Assembly: GCA_012295275.1 (NCBI GenBank) | Contig: CM022671.1 | Span: 14,322,001 to 14,386,000 of the forward strand | DNA length: 64,000 nucleotides | Source of the DNA: Chrysomallon squamiferum | Taxonomy: Eukaryota > Animalia > Mollusca | Direction of reading: 5' to 3' | Shown: positions 25,339-39,308 of the stretch, one piece after another | Layout of the letters: every line of letters starts with the position of its first letter | How positions within the stretch are numbered: position 1 is the first letter of the stretch | The notes under the pieces: generated by a model | The model's database searches: none | What the model saw: the letters and a program-made list of their open reading frames with translations, nothing else | Told to the model about the DNA's origin: nothing | Made by a program: the position numbers and the translations under genes

Positions 25339-28300
25339 ATGTTTGCAATACTTCAGACATTGAAGATTAAACAAAACAAAGTGTGTCCTGTTAATTGTGA
25401 TAAAAGCAGTCATAAAATGAAACTGTGTGAATGGATTTTTGTAATGGATATTAAGTAGATAAACTGTAAGAAGCTATAGATACATTCTCCTGAAGTACTG
25501 TCTTCAAACCAGCATTAGTGTGAGAACGGTTAATTGGCACTTCATTTTTGTGGTAAGGTACTTTGACCACACATTCATTCAGAGTTTACCACCACAGATC
25601 CTAACATATCTTTGCCCTTTTCACAAAAAGAAAGTTGGGACAGGTATCTTGAAGTCAAAAAAAAGACGTTTTTGTTATTTCTCTTCTAAATAGTATTAAA
25701 TGTGCTTTAGTTTATTGCCTTAATTAGCCATTTAGTTTTTCTGTTAACTTACAGGACATAACCAGATTTTTTAATAATTTTGCTGGTGAATTCTGCTTTT
25801 ACTTTTATATTTATAAAACATTTTGTACTACCAAATTTTTATCTCCATAATTAATTACATAATGTTACTATTTGTTATTTTTTTTGTTTTTCATTGGGTT
25901 TTTTGTGGGTTTTTAAATATAAATTTATTACTATTAGGTACACATATATTCAGTATTTGCTGTACAATTCATGCAGTCTTTAGTAATATCAGATTTAAGC
26001 TTTAGGGATTAAAAACAATGCTTCTGTCCCATCATTATGTTAGTTGTGCATACATTGCTTTATTATCTGGAATTGCAGAAAGTTTCATTTGCAGTGCCGA
26101 TTGGTTGAGGTTTTGAAGCATGAATTTCATGTATGGAATTTTCCATACTGAAGTAGCAATGGCATTTTGGTTGTTATTATATAGTAAACTCAGTGGGTTA
26201 TTGGTAGAATTTTCCTAAAGTCATAAAAAGTTTATCTTAATGATAGAAAATTTATCATGTTTATTTTAATTTTAAATTACAAATGTGCTGTGATATTGTC
26301 TGTGATATGATCATTTTACACTATATGTGTATCTGGTAACCATTTTTCTATTTCTTATATGTGAACTGAGCATTCTTTGTCTCTGTTAAGACTGAAATTT
26401 TGTAAATATTGTAAATATTTAAGCTTTTATAATGTAGTTTCATAATGTTTGTTAAATTAAACCTTTTACTTTTATTATAGGTTTGTTTTTACTTTAGTTA
26501 TTTGTTTTTGTAAATACTGTGGAAGTTGAATGTGTTAATTTTTTGAGTTATAAAGCAAGAGATATACTTGTTAATTTATTGTATTTTGTGTTTTTTATTA
26601 CTTTTTCAATAATCATTTATTTTACAGCAAATATTTCAACACGTGATTATTATAGAGTATTGTGCTTTAAAGAAAACTGTAGGATGGAATGTGGAGGGGT
26701 TTACAGTTGATCAGAACACACACCCTGAGTAAAAAAGAATGAAAACAAATTTTAAAATTGATTTTGACGTGTATATACTCCCTCATCCCCTCACTAATGC
26801 TCTAGATCCAAAGTGAATGCAGCACATTGTCCGTTTATAAAATATGTGCACAGCATTGCTTCAGTAGCTGTGAGATCTTAGTATGTAGTATTTAATTAAA
26901 AACAGATCTGAAATGTGCTCTTTCATAGTAATTGGACAGATAAAGTTTCCACATTTTGTGACTCTGATGTTGATCTGCCTGCAAGTCCTTTGACATTCAG
27001 GACATGTATGATGCTGCTTATGTACGAATGAAGGGAAGTAACTATTAAGTAGTACTGGTAAGTTACAGCTTGAAACAGTCCACAAGTAACTTAGTCTTTG
27101 TCTCTGTCTCTCTCCCTAATAGTATTTTAAATTTGATGATATTCCAAATTACATTCTCGCTCTTTTTATTTTATTTATTCCCCACCCAGTCAGTCTTAAA
27201 ATTCATAATTTCAAATTATACCTTGCACCTTACATAAAATATTTCTATAATAAATTTTCAATCACACTAGATGCATTCTGCCACCAGCTTGAAGAATGCT
27301 AGATAGTAAACAAAACAAACAGTGATAGTTGTACATTTGTTTTTTATTCAATTCATTTCAGTACGTTTTATTATTAAAGTAGATTTATTCTACAAGCAAA
27401 CAAACCCAAATCAATACAATATAAAAACAGTTATATAGATTGATTCTGTCTGTTTCATTTTCACAAATGTAAAATTACACAACACAAAACATCCGTTTCA
27501 GCCAAAAAAAAATTTCTGAGTAGTAATAATAAAATATTCATCATAATACTTTAAAAGATACTTTTCTACCTCATATTTTTAAAGAGATTACATTTTTCTT
27601 TTTTTCACTCTTTCAACAATCATTATGTGTTTGCCAAGATACTCTGTTTTCTACCAATTAGGAAATTTACAATCACAGATGCTTTACATGTATCTCCATC
27701 TTGGTAATAACAAAATAACAGAGTAATTTGTTAATGTGAATAAATAGCTGAACACATAGCAATCTCTTTGTGACATAATCAAATACACAAAACATATCTT
27801 AAAATGAGCACAAAGTACTTAAAGAATGACTATCATTAAAGAAAGAAATACTAATTTATTTAGTAACATTTTTTCTTATTTAATTTATCTTTGGGAAATA
27901 CCTTTCTAATTTAGCTTGAAGAATCTGTTAATTCCAAAACAGAAAAATTCAAAATAAAGCCTGACAACGATGAAATATTACAGATATTATTTTTAGTTAA
28001 TGAATGTGTATTTACGAGAGTTCTTTGTATGACTTTTTCTTTAATTATTTACATTTGTTTTTCTCATTTTCTTTTTTGTGAGTATATGTGTTTTGGGATT
28101 TCATCATCAAAGTCTAATGCATCCAATAAGTTCATAATAATATCTTTAAGTCTCTCGGAAAAAAATTAAAAAGATAATACAACAATTTATAAATAAAATG
28201 TCTGATAAAAGTGATAAATGGTATTTACAAATATTTAGTTATATCAACATTATTATTATTCCTTCTTTAAACTGCATTATTTAATTAGAGGTACAGTTAT

Positions 28301-28927
28301 TGCCAGACACAGATAACTTGCAGTACATCAGTGTGTCAGTAATCACTTTTATTAAATTATATTAAACATTTCTGGTTTATTCATGTGCTGGTAAAATTTT
28401 CATTGTATGAAATATAATAACATAAATTCTTGTCTTCAAAAAACCCCAACTAATAATGAAAATTAGAACAAACTACTCCAATATAATGTGTGAAAAAACA
28501 CAAAACTTCATGATTAAAATAATTATTTTTAAATCACAATTATATGACATGAATAATACAGCTGATGATATTAAGTTACAAAATAAAATTATATGCTAAA
28601 ATAATTGATAATTCCTGTGATTGTTACTGATCGAATCATTTGTACAAGTTCCTTGAAGCTTAAAATAAATAAAAACAAACTAGGCATGATTGTTAAAAAT
28701 AATTTATCCTAAATAAATGCAACATAGTATGCAATTGTTTTAAACACAACATCTAGACAAAGGAAACATATATTAAATAATCTAATTAAAAAAATATAAA
28801 CATAATATAAGGTGACAATTTTCATGATTTGTGTAAAAGAAAATGAAATTTTCATCAAGATAAGAAGTCTATCTGTTTGTTAAACAAAATAACCAAACAT
28901 TGTGAACAAACAAGAAAAATGTCAGTT

Positions 28928-31900
28928 TTATAAGGGTCCATATCCAGCATTCATCATAGCATTTTCCTGCAAAACAAAGCAATAAAATTACCATTTTAAT
29001 AAGATCAAAACCAAAGTTCAAACTGATTTATTTTCATACTTCTTTATATGATTCTTATGATCATAAAGTAGGTATAAATAAAGGTTAATTTCACGAAAGC
29101 ACCAAACATTTTTTTATTTTGAATTATTTCACATATAAGATGAATAAAAAAAATAACAAAGAGGATATTACATTAACAGCAAAATATCTTTTATACAAAC
29201 TTCTTGGATGCTCAATAATTAACTTACCATCAAATCATAAAATGTTTTTGTGACAACACTTTCAAAGAACTGTAATTCCTTTTGAAATATGGCTCCTTTC
29301 AGTCCTTGTTTACGATACTTCAGTTCAAGGTTATCCATGACAAGACTGTTAATTCTCCGCCCTTCATGCACATCACGAGCTTTTTTATACAGATCCAGAC
29401 TCCCCACACAGTCCAGCAGATAATCATAGTTCTAACAACAACAGTGAACCATGAGATGACATTTTCTAAATTTCTACCATTTTCATAAAACATTTTGTGT
29501 TAAAAAAAAAGAGGATATATCCATAATGTTATACTTAAAGAACATTTTGTAAAAAAAAAAAAAAAAAAAAAATAAAATAATAATAATAATAAAAAAAAAA
29601 AAAAATTAAGTCAGTGGTTTTCTGAATTTATGTAGTAGTTTAGATCACAAAATAAATGTGTTTTCATAATTACAGTATAATTATATCTACACAGCATTTT
29701 AATTTTTACATGTTTGTTGCAATCTGAACAAATTCTAGATGTCACTTACTGGTAATTCTGGAATTTCATCAAACTCATAGTGTCCATCCCATAATGTCAC
29801 TGAAATACTGCCAGTGTCCTACAAAAGATTATGTTAATTATAACAATACCAAATTCTTGTTTTGGTGTTAACAATATTCAGTACATAGAATTACAAATTT
29901 GTGATGAAATATTTTAAGTTCTTCTGCATTTTTATTGCTGTTTATTTATTTACTTCTTTTTTTTTTCTTTCTTTTTTTTTTTTTTTTTTTTTTTTTTTTC
30001 TCATGGTGGAAATATTTAGGTTATTTTTGTAAAAGAATACTAACTAAAAACTTTATCACAACAATGGTGAACTTTAAAGCTTATCATACAATGTCTTCTT
30101 TGTAATAACATTCAACAATATTTTCACCTGAGATTTTTGTGATAGGTTTTAAATGTCAGAACACAAGAAAATGTAAAACATTTGATCAAATGAGTAAATA
30201 CTGATAATCTGAAGGCATAAATATAGTAAGAGTTACACACGTGTCTGTTATCAGATGTCCAGATCTGTCTCTGAAGCACAGAGTACACCGATCCCATACT
30301 CAGCTCCTCCAGAATCTCTGCTGACGGATTTCCTTTCATCACCGGCACAAAGTGTGTCCCCATCAAAACAGAGTTTCTAAAAAATACCAATAAACAAATA
30401 CGTTTTAAAAAGCCTTCTTAAAATAGTTTTTCTTTTCTTTTTTTTTCATTGGTGTTAGCAAGAGCATTTTAAAAATAATTTTGGTTTGCCTGAAATAAAT
30501 TAAAATGTTGTTTTTCTACAAGTTTTAACATTTAATTATTTTTCAGTGTGACTGATTTTATATATTTCTTAATCACTGCTGCTTTTTTATCCAGAATAAT
30601 TGTTATTTTAAGTATAACGCTAAATAAATAAATGAAAAGGAGAAAAACAAAAAAGAATAACAAAACATGTTGGGTTTTTTTGTGTGTGTATTATGGTTTT
30701 TATAAAATATTTTACGCTGGAATCTAATTCTCACCCTTCGAACAATGGAACAGCTGCCCAGCCTAAAATATGTTCATCTCTCAATTCTACCTCTGTCCCA
30801 TCTTCAGCCAGCAGTTTGCCTGGACTCTTGTGATCAGGACGTGGCTGATACATCACTTTTAAACCAAACACCTGGATAATCAGACAACTGAAAGGATCTG
30901 AAGATGGGTGAAGCTCCTAAAACAAAGATAGTTTTTACATCAAACTCATGGCACAGAAAGAAATTAATCTGATTTTGAAAGTTACAATAATGGAGACTAG
31001 TTTCATACAAAATCCTTGATATTTCACAACTATGGTTGCAGAACAATATTTCTTGGAATTAACTTAATTTGTATATATATTCTTAATGACACTAACAAGC
31101 TGAAAACAATATGATAATTGTTTATATTTATCACATTTTTGAGCACATAAATATTTTTAAAAAATGAGTGAGTTTCTTTTCATCAAAAGAAATGAAATCA
31201 GCGAGCAATAGACAACATGCTCATAATGACATTATTTTCATTTCTTTTCACTAAAGCTATGAAACTGGTATATTTGGATGGACTTAATAAAAACAAATTT
31301 CTATATGTTCTATAAGACAAATAACCAACAATGAGGTACAAACTTACCTTTGGCTGATCAGCCCATGCTGGTGCCTGCAACAGACTTTCATATATATGTT
31401 TAAGTGTGACAAACTTGGTATCCTGACCGTATGTCTGTTCTGGGGTCTGCGTTCCAAGAACTGTTTTACCAGGAGCTATTCGTGTAAGACATTCAATCAA
31501 ATAGCCATCTGAAAATAGAGATTTAAAAAAAAAGATAAAAAAACTAAATATCCCTTTAATGGCACCTCTTTAGATTGTATTTTTCATGGTAATTTGGTAT
31601 TACACTTTTCTATAATGATGAAATGGAAAAAAAATGCTTACTTTCAGTAAACTGTTGAAGAAATTATTCTAAACATAGGCAAAAAGCAAACCATTACTAA
31701 TTAACTGAAATACAGTGCTTTGAATGGTAAAGAGCTCTAGGTGAAATGAAGCAAACCAGTGAATTGTAAACCCTAAATCTTACTCAGAATTAAAACATAA
31801 TGTGTGAGTTTGCATTATTTATATAATCTCCACACTGAATGATACAAAGTGTATGATTTCACAACATTTCAAAAAAGATCCAACGTATCATAAATTAAAG

Positions 31901-34900
31901 TATAAACTCACCAGGAAGGCCAAATGCCTGATTGATTTTGATTTTGAGTCCAGTGCTGACTCGGTAGCGCACACATCTGATCAGACTGAGGTTAGCTGCG
32001 GGCTGGTTGGCTGGCAGCTGCTTCCTGATGTCAAGTCGATCTTTAAGCCAGGCCAGCAGCAGTGAATCAGTTCGGCCTGACAAGACGAAAACAACAATGA
32101 TTATTCTTAGCATTCTGTCACTTTTAAGTCTCTTTTATACCATTTCTTTTCATTTTGAAAAGAAAATACTGAATTAAAAACATATTTAATTCCTGATATT
32201 TTATTGGTTTTAAAGATTCTTTCAATAATAAAATTAACAATGAAACTTTTTAATGATTACCGCATAAACCAAAGAATGTTAATTCTATATCGTTACCAAT
32301 TTTGACTCCTTCTATCTGCTGTAGACGTACTATCATTTCTTTCTCTGTCTTAGGATACTGCATGCTGACACTGTAACTTTTAAATATTCTCTCCTCTGAG
32401 GTAGTGGGCGACAACTCTCAGAGAAATAGTAACCTGTAGAATACCTCGGTGCAAGCACAGGATCCTGTCAAAAATAAAATTACTATGTATATTAGTTTCG
32501 ACCTTTGCTAACTTTATTGTTATAATATTACTGGAGTTGTTACAAACATGTGCAATGAATTTTATTTAATGACTTATTATTTTTGTGTTATACTGTTAAC
32601 AAAATCTCTTATGCAGAAAATACTTTTGCAAAAATTAAACTTACTAATTATCTGAATGATGACTTCATTTGCTAACAAAACATTCTCTGTCATCTTCTGA
32701 TATTAGCTAACACCAGCTTGTACAATATGGATAACCAAAAGAATACAAATATGTTAAAGATGACATTCATTGATCAAATAAGTAAATAAATAAATAATGA
32801 CAAGAAACAAACCCTGACATGAGGCATCAGTCTGATGAGAATAGAACAAGCTGGGATGGCTGTTGCATTGTCTAAATCTGAGGCTTTCAACCCAGCAACA
32901 CCCTTCTTCAAATCTGGCATTCCACTTCGTAGCCTCAGTTGATGACCACCAACACGTAACGTTCCCTTCTAAAAACAAAAAACTAAACTATACCAAATCA
33001 AGAAAATAATAACTTACAAAGAGATTATTAACCTGGGCCCCTGAATATCTCTATTTCTACATGAAAAATCATAATAAAATTAAATACATAATTAATTAAT
33101 GAACTTATATGTAAACATCAAATGTTATTTTAATATTTAAACATTAACCAGTTATCTTAATCAAGTTTTTGTGTATTTGTTTAATTCAGATATGTTCAAC
33201 AATGTTGCTAACAATCATTAAACTTTCTAAATATAATTTTAAAAATCCGTTAAACACTGAAACTAAATGTTGAAACTATGATATTAATTTACCTTTCCAC
33301 GCACATTAAAAGCAGGAAATAAACAGCTTCCTATTACAACAATTTGTTCTGTAACAATGTCCACAGAATAAACCCGAATCAAAAAGAGAGTGTTAGGGTC
33401 AGCGTTCTTGGATTCAGCGTTGATGGTCATTCTGTAACTGAACTGAGGGGACCTGGCAGAGCTGTCTGTGTCTGGAATGGCAAGGATGTCTGGCAAGTCA
33501 CCCAGCTCACCAGTTTTCAGAATTCTCCCTGTCACCTGTTACAAATTAAAGTATTTTTCTTTTTAAAGTAAAATACTTGTGGCATTCAACAGTTGTAGAG
33601 TTACAATTTTATATCTCAGTTTTTCATCCAGAAATAACACTAATATATATATATATATATGAATGGTTTATAATGTATAAACTATTATGTAACTTTAAAT
33701 ATTAGCTGCTCATTTAGAACCTAATTTTTCTAGGTTTTCGCTTGATTATACTGAAATATTCATTTTTATTTGTCTTTATAAATATATATATAGATATGTT
33801 GATAATAGTCAAAATACTTTAACTGATGGTAAAATAAAATTAATGTATCTAAATTCTGAATTTACGAATTTTACATGGTTAAGGTATTTGCAGAATGCAC
33901 CAGTTGCTGTAAATAACTTATTTTACAAAATGACAAGAGAGAAAAAGGAAAATAAACAATTATATTACTTTAACAATAGAAGCATTGTCTGGAATGAAGC
34001 GAACACTGTCTATATAGAAATCAAATGGTTCACTGTTGGAGGTTGGTTTGGGATTATTGGCAGCTGCTTGAGACTTGTGTTCCACCCAGGGACTGTTATC
34101 TTCGTCTAGGTCAGGGCTTGGCTGTGCTGGAGCAGGGCTTGGTGTGGGTGTGGTCACTGGAAGCAACACGTTGGACTTTCTTGGTGACACCCTGCACAGA
34201 TAAGTGAATAAATTATAAAAAAATACAGATATGGATTTGATGCAAACTTAAATTTAGTATCATATACCTTTACTGTATCTGCAAACGTGCGAATGAAAAT
34301 TGTAACACTGCATTAAATCTTCATAATTACTTTTTAGAAGGCTGATTAACAATATTTTATTAAATTATAAAATAAAATAAAATATATAATAAAAAAAAAG
34401 GTTTGACAATTATTAAAAGAAAAAACTTTCAGCAAACTATAGCCTTTCTCCTAAGACATGCTGTTGTTACATTATTTATAGTGAACAAATACCACTAAAA
34501 TATGTGTCCATGTCTTAAAAATATCTCTTTATGCTAAACAATGATAGTAGAACAAATTCTCTATTTTTATAGTCATTAAACCCTCATAATTTCATGAGAA
34601 TTACACATTATTAAATAAATAATCAATATACATTCAAACTGTTCTTTATAGTCAAGATTTAAGGAATATTTTAATTATCATCTCCAGATAAAATGTGGTT
34701 AAATGAAACTGTTAACTACAAGAAATTATTATACAATGTGAAAAGAGATTGTAATTATACTATTATAGTAAACTTATACTGCATTCATATTACTTGACCC
34801 TAACCACAGATTAAGCCTGCTGAAAAAGAAAACAAGAAAGAAACAATTTATGTTTTCACTCACACTGGTTGTCTGTGATGTGTGTCTAAAGGTGGAGTTT

Positions 34901-37900
34901 GCCGTGGGATGGCCTGGACAGGTGACAAATCTCTTGGAATTTCATCGAATGGTTCATTTCTTGGATCATAGACCATTGCACTTACCTCCGAGTTATAACC
35001 AATTATGTTACCTAAAAAATAAAAAATATTTGAAACGTTTTATCAATGTTTGTATGAGGAATATATATTTTTTTAAATGGAAGAACAGTGCCTGATAGAA
35101 TGTCCTAAGTATACTGCTTTGTTATTTTCAATTTTTTTTATATAAATGTGTTTACAGATTTTTGTAACAAACCTTTGCTAATTTACACACTAAATGAACT
35201 CTGATCTATTAATCATTATTTATAACTGCCTGAAAAATAATGAATGAAAAGCTACATCTTGTGTTTTGAAAAGCTGTGAATTTAAGAAAATAAATATACC
35301 TTCAGTTTTCTCAGTGGGTGTCTGTGGCTGGGCTGTGAGGAAAGACTCGGGTAATTCTCCAGGGTGGAGAGTGAAGGGGTGTCGCCCCACTAGCAGATTC
35401 CAGACTGGCTCAGCTGAGGTGTGACCTCCAGTTTTTCTGAACAAAGGGATGCGAGCCCACCCAACAGCTATTGTATTCAACCCTGGAAAAATATCAGTGT
35501 TTACAGTGAAAATTTTAATTTATAATCTAATTAAAAATATGAGTGAAATAAAATAAAATTAAAAACTAAATATAACAAGATGTAATTGATTATCATTTTT
35601 AACTTTTAACATTTAACAGGCTAAATACATTGATCAAGATCAATTTGTAATACTTCATTGAACTAATATTTAATTTTCAATTTCATACAAGTGCAATTTT
35701 TTATGTGATGCTGCTTTCAATTTTTGCATTTGCACCTATTTTAACACAATAGTTTTCTTAAATATTTTAATAATTAGAAAAACAGAAAATAAAGCACTAC
35801 CAACATCAAAAGTTTCAAAAAATTTAATATATTTTTCTGCTACCTTCATATTCTACATCTCTTTTGTGGTATTCTAATCTTAAAATGGCATACGGATAAG
35901 CTCCTAGTTCACGTTCAACATCAAACTGGGACAAATCAAGATTCTCATACACAAATTTCTCTTCAGGCAGGGCTAAATGATAGACAACATTGCCATAACT
36001 GTCACTAGTGGCATGCTTAACCACAAAGCTGTGCAAAGAAAGCCGGGATCGAAGTTTGATACTGCCAAAGTAAACTCCAATAAACAGTTTTAGGTTTGAT
36101 GCATCCACCTGTCCCAGCCATGACTCCTGTAGGAGAATGAAAACAAAATAATAGTAATAATATATATATATATATACATTAAAAAAAAAATTCACTTACT
36201 AACTCACTCACATATAAAATCCACACACATATACATAACAGACGAGTATGTAAGAAATATTTTTAAAAAAAAAGATTATGGACACAACAAATTTAAAACT
36301 GAAATACCTGTAAGCCTATTGCATATTAAATTAAAATGCATTTTTTATTACATGTTTATACAAATTTTCTAACTTACACTGTTATTATTAAGTGAAATAA
36401 ATGTATCATTTGCTTAAATAAATAACTTCAAAAAGCTAAATAATTTTAACATGCAAATTACTGCTGACAAACCTTCTGCACAGACTCTGACGGGACTACG
36501 AGTTTTATAGTGATATCTTTGATGCCACACGGACTCAGACTTCCAGGTAAAGGGCTGGGAGTCGCTGATGATGGTGTCTGTCTGGTGTCTGGAGTCCTGA
36601 GAGAAACAGAGATGTTAACATTATATGAAAATCTGCTAAGACTTTTGTATGAAAGACTTTTGAATGAAATATTGTATTTATAAACTGGTAAGACAGTTCA
36701 TGAAATACTTTTGTATGAAATATTTTATTTATATTTGTTCAAACATTTTATTTTTAAAAAATATTTCTGTACGTATAATTATGAAACAGTATTTTAAATA
36801 ATGACTTACAAAGGTCTCTGTCTGTTCTGATATGGGACTTCCATCAAGTCTTTTCCATTTTCTAGATGTATCCAGGATGCTTGTACATCACATGTGTACA
36901 GCTTGCAGGGTTCATAGAAAAATACCTGAAATACCATCACAGACAACATTTGAGCTGGATTCATTTACCATACAGTCTCAAGATGTGGACTTTAAACATA
37001 TAATTCTGTTTGAAATAATTATTTCAAAATAATTTCAAATTTACTTAAATCAGCAATAGATACTGTAAAATAAAGTTATAATAAAAAATGTAAAAGAAAA
37101 CAATCTAGGCAAGCAATGTAATTGAAAATACATTTTGTTTTTCTGAAAGTTCCTATCAACTGAAATATGCAGTAATTATTTTCTTCATTATTCCTAGTAA
37201 AAAAAGGTAATATTCTTTTTTGTAAATGATGAAAAACTTTAAGAAGTTTCTTCTACAGAAACACACCTTTTTCATTTCCATATAATCCTGTGCCTCCATG
37301 AACTTATGCCGCAACAATTCAATCAGAGACAGGCAGAAATTGCGTAAGACAGAATGCTGCCAGCCCTGCATGAAGCACTGATCCCAGACATACATAACTC
37401 CTGGTGTATCCAAAACACTGACAAAACCCTGCAGGTTGACAGAATCAACTTGTTCATAATAATTCTTATATTCAAAACAGGGACAAATACACATCAAGAG
37501 AAACATGCTAAGTGAAGTGCATCGGTCACATATTCAGATAAAATATTTCATTTAATATGAATAAGAAATCCTTTCATATATTAAACTGAATAAAATGAAT
37601 GTTTTGCTTACAAAGACCATAACACAAATTTTAAAGTAAGTGAATCTCAAAAAACCAGTGTGCACATCATTGCTCAACACAGCTAACTTACTTCACCAAT
37701 CCATCGTCTGAGAAAAATGAGAGGATCTGCCAACAGTTCAGCTGACATTCCTTCTGCTTTTGTCGTTCCTGGGGTGGCTTTCAACAAGGCTTCAGCTTTG
37801 GCTTTTTCTTCATGAATAAGCTGAATGAGAAACTCCTTTAAAAGAGAAAAGTAGCAATAAGTTGAATAGATTAACAGATAAAAAATGTAGTATTAACAAA

Positions 37901-39277
37901 AACAAAAATCTCTAATATATATTCTTTGAATGTTGTTTTGAAAAATATCAATATTAGACTGATTTTGAAAACATTGTTATTAATATAATGTAATCAGGAA
38001 CATAATCATTCACTAACTGCTGACATATCTACATTTATCAATGATAAAATTTTGCCCCATCTAAGAGATCATGTTATTTATTAATATTCTTCCTTACAAA
38101 CCTTGGGGTTGACCTTGACATTTATACTTGATATGGCCTTGAGATGATCATGTAATTCAGGGTCACTCTGCTGCAGAGTGTTCATCACTTGTTCAGCTAT
38201 TGCAAACACTTGTGGCCATGTTGGAAAGCAGTTTGTATTCAAAAGGTCAAGATACATAGCCAGTTCAAACACATGCTCACCTGAAATGAAACCAATTTTT
38301 TTTTTTGTTGTTTGGTCTAATTCTTTAAAGATGGCTAGGTTAAAGAATTATGACTTTATAAATGAAAAGCTGAGGCTGATTATAAATCATAGAAAATGTA
38401 CAATTTAAAAAAATATAAACAATCTTTTTTATTATTAAAGTGATCCTTAACCATTCCCCAAAATAATAATAATTTTTTTTAAAAAACATTTTGAAAGGTC
38501 AAATAAAATTAAAATAGTTTTATATTTGGTTTTAATGTAGCATATCATCTTATATGTTTTACTGAACTAGTTTCTAACTAAATTACATCTTATACAGTGC
38601 AATTATATAATTAAATATAAAACTGATTTCAGGACTGTATTAGCCTCACCTCTGTCTAGAGACATCTCTGTGGTGTTTGTGAAAGCCAGCTGCAGAGGAA
38701 AGAGCCAGTGTATCAAGTAAGGCTCGTAACTCCGGTCATACACATACAAAACATTTAAGCAGCGTGCACTTTCTTTCATGTGATCTCCTTGTTTGTATGC
38801 TGCCATACTTGTAGTTTTAGCATAGATCTTGAAAAAAGTTTACATCCTCAGTAATTATTAACAAAGATTATGAAAAATAATTTAATCTTTTCACTTATTT
38901 ATTTAAAAAAGGAAGAATTATTTTTGAGATTCATAGGTAAAAAACTGTTTTTAACCATATTTGGATGAGATAATATTAAAAAGGGCATTTTGGGGTCATA
39001 CAAAAAAAAAAAAAAAAAAATACAAAAGAAATGCATCATTATTCTGATAGTGGAAAACAAAAATAATTACCTCAATAACAGCGTTCTCAATGAGTCCATT
39101 AATTGGAGACTGTGTTGGTCTTCTTAATCTCAACTCATTGAGACCGTGAGTGACAGCATGAGCAAACCTTTCTCTGATAATTTTTTCAACATACCTAAAA
39201 AAATAAATTGTTTTTTTCTATATAAACAAAATACAAAATACAAAATGACAATAGTAATAATAATAAAAAAAAAAAAA

Positions 39278-39308
<31 letters not shown>

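Noticed and set aside
32333-32335. In-frame TGA as selenocysteine or programmed readthrough
   Set aside because: The downstream exon phase requires a frame change rather than readthrough, and no SECIS or slippery heptamer was recognised.
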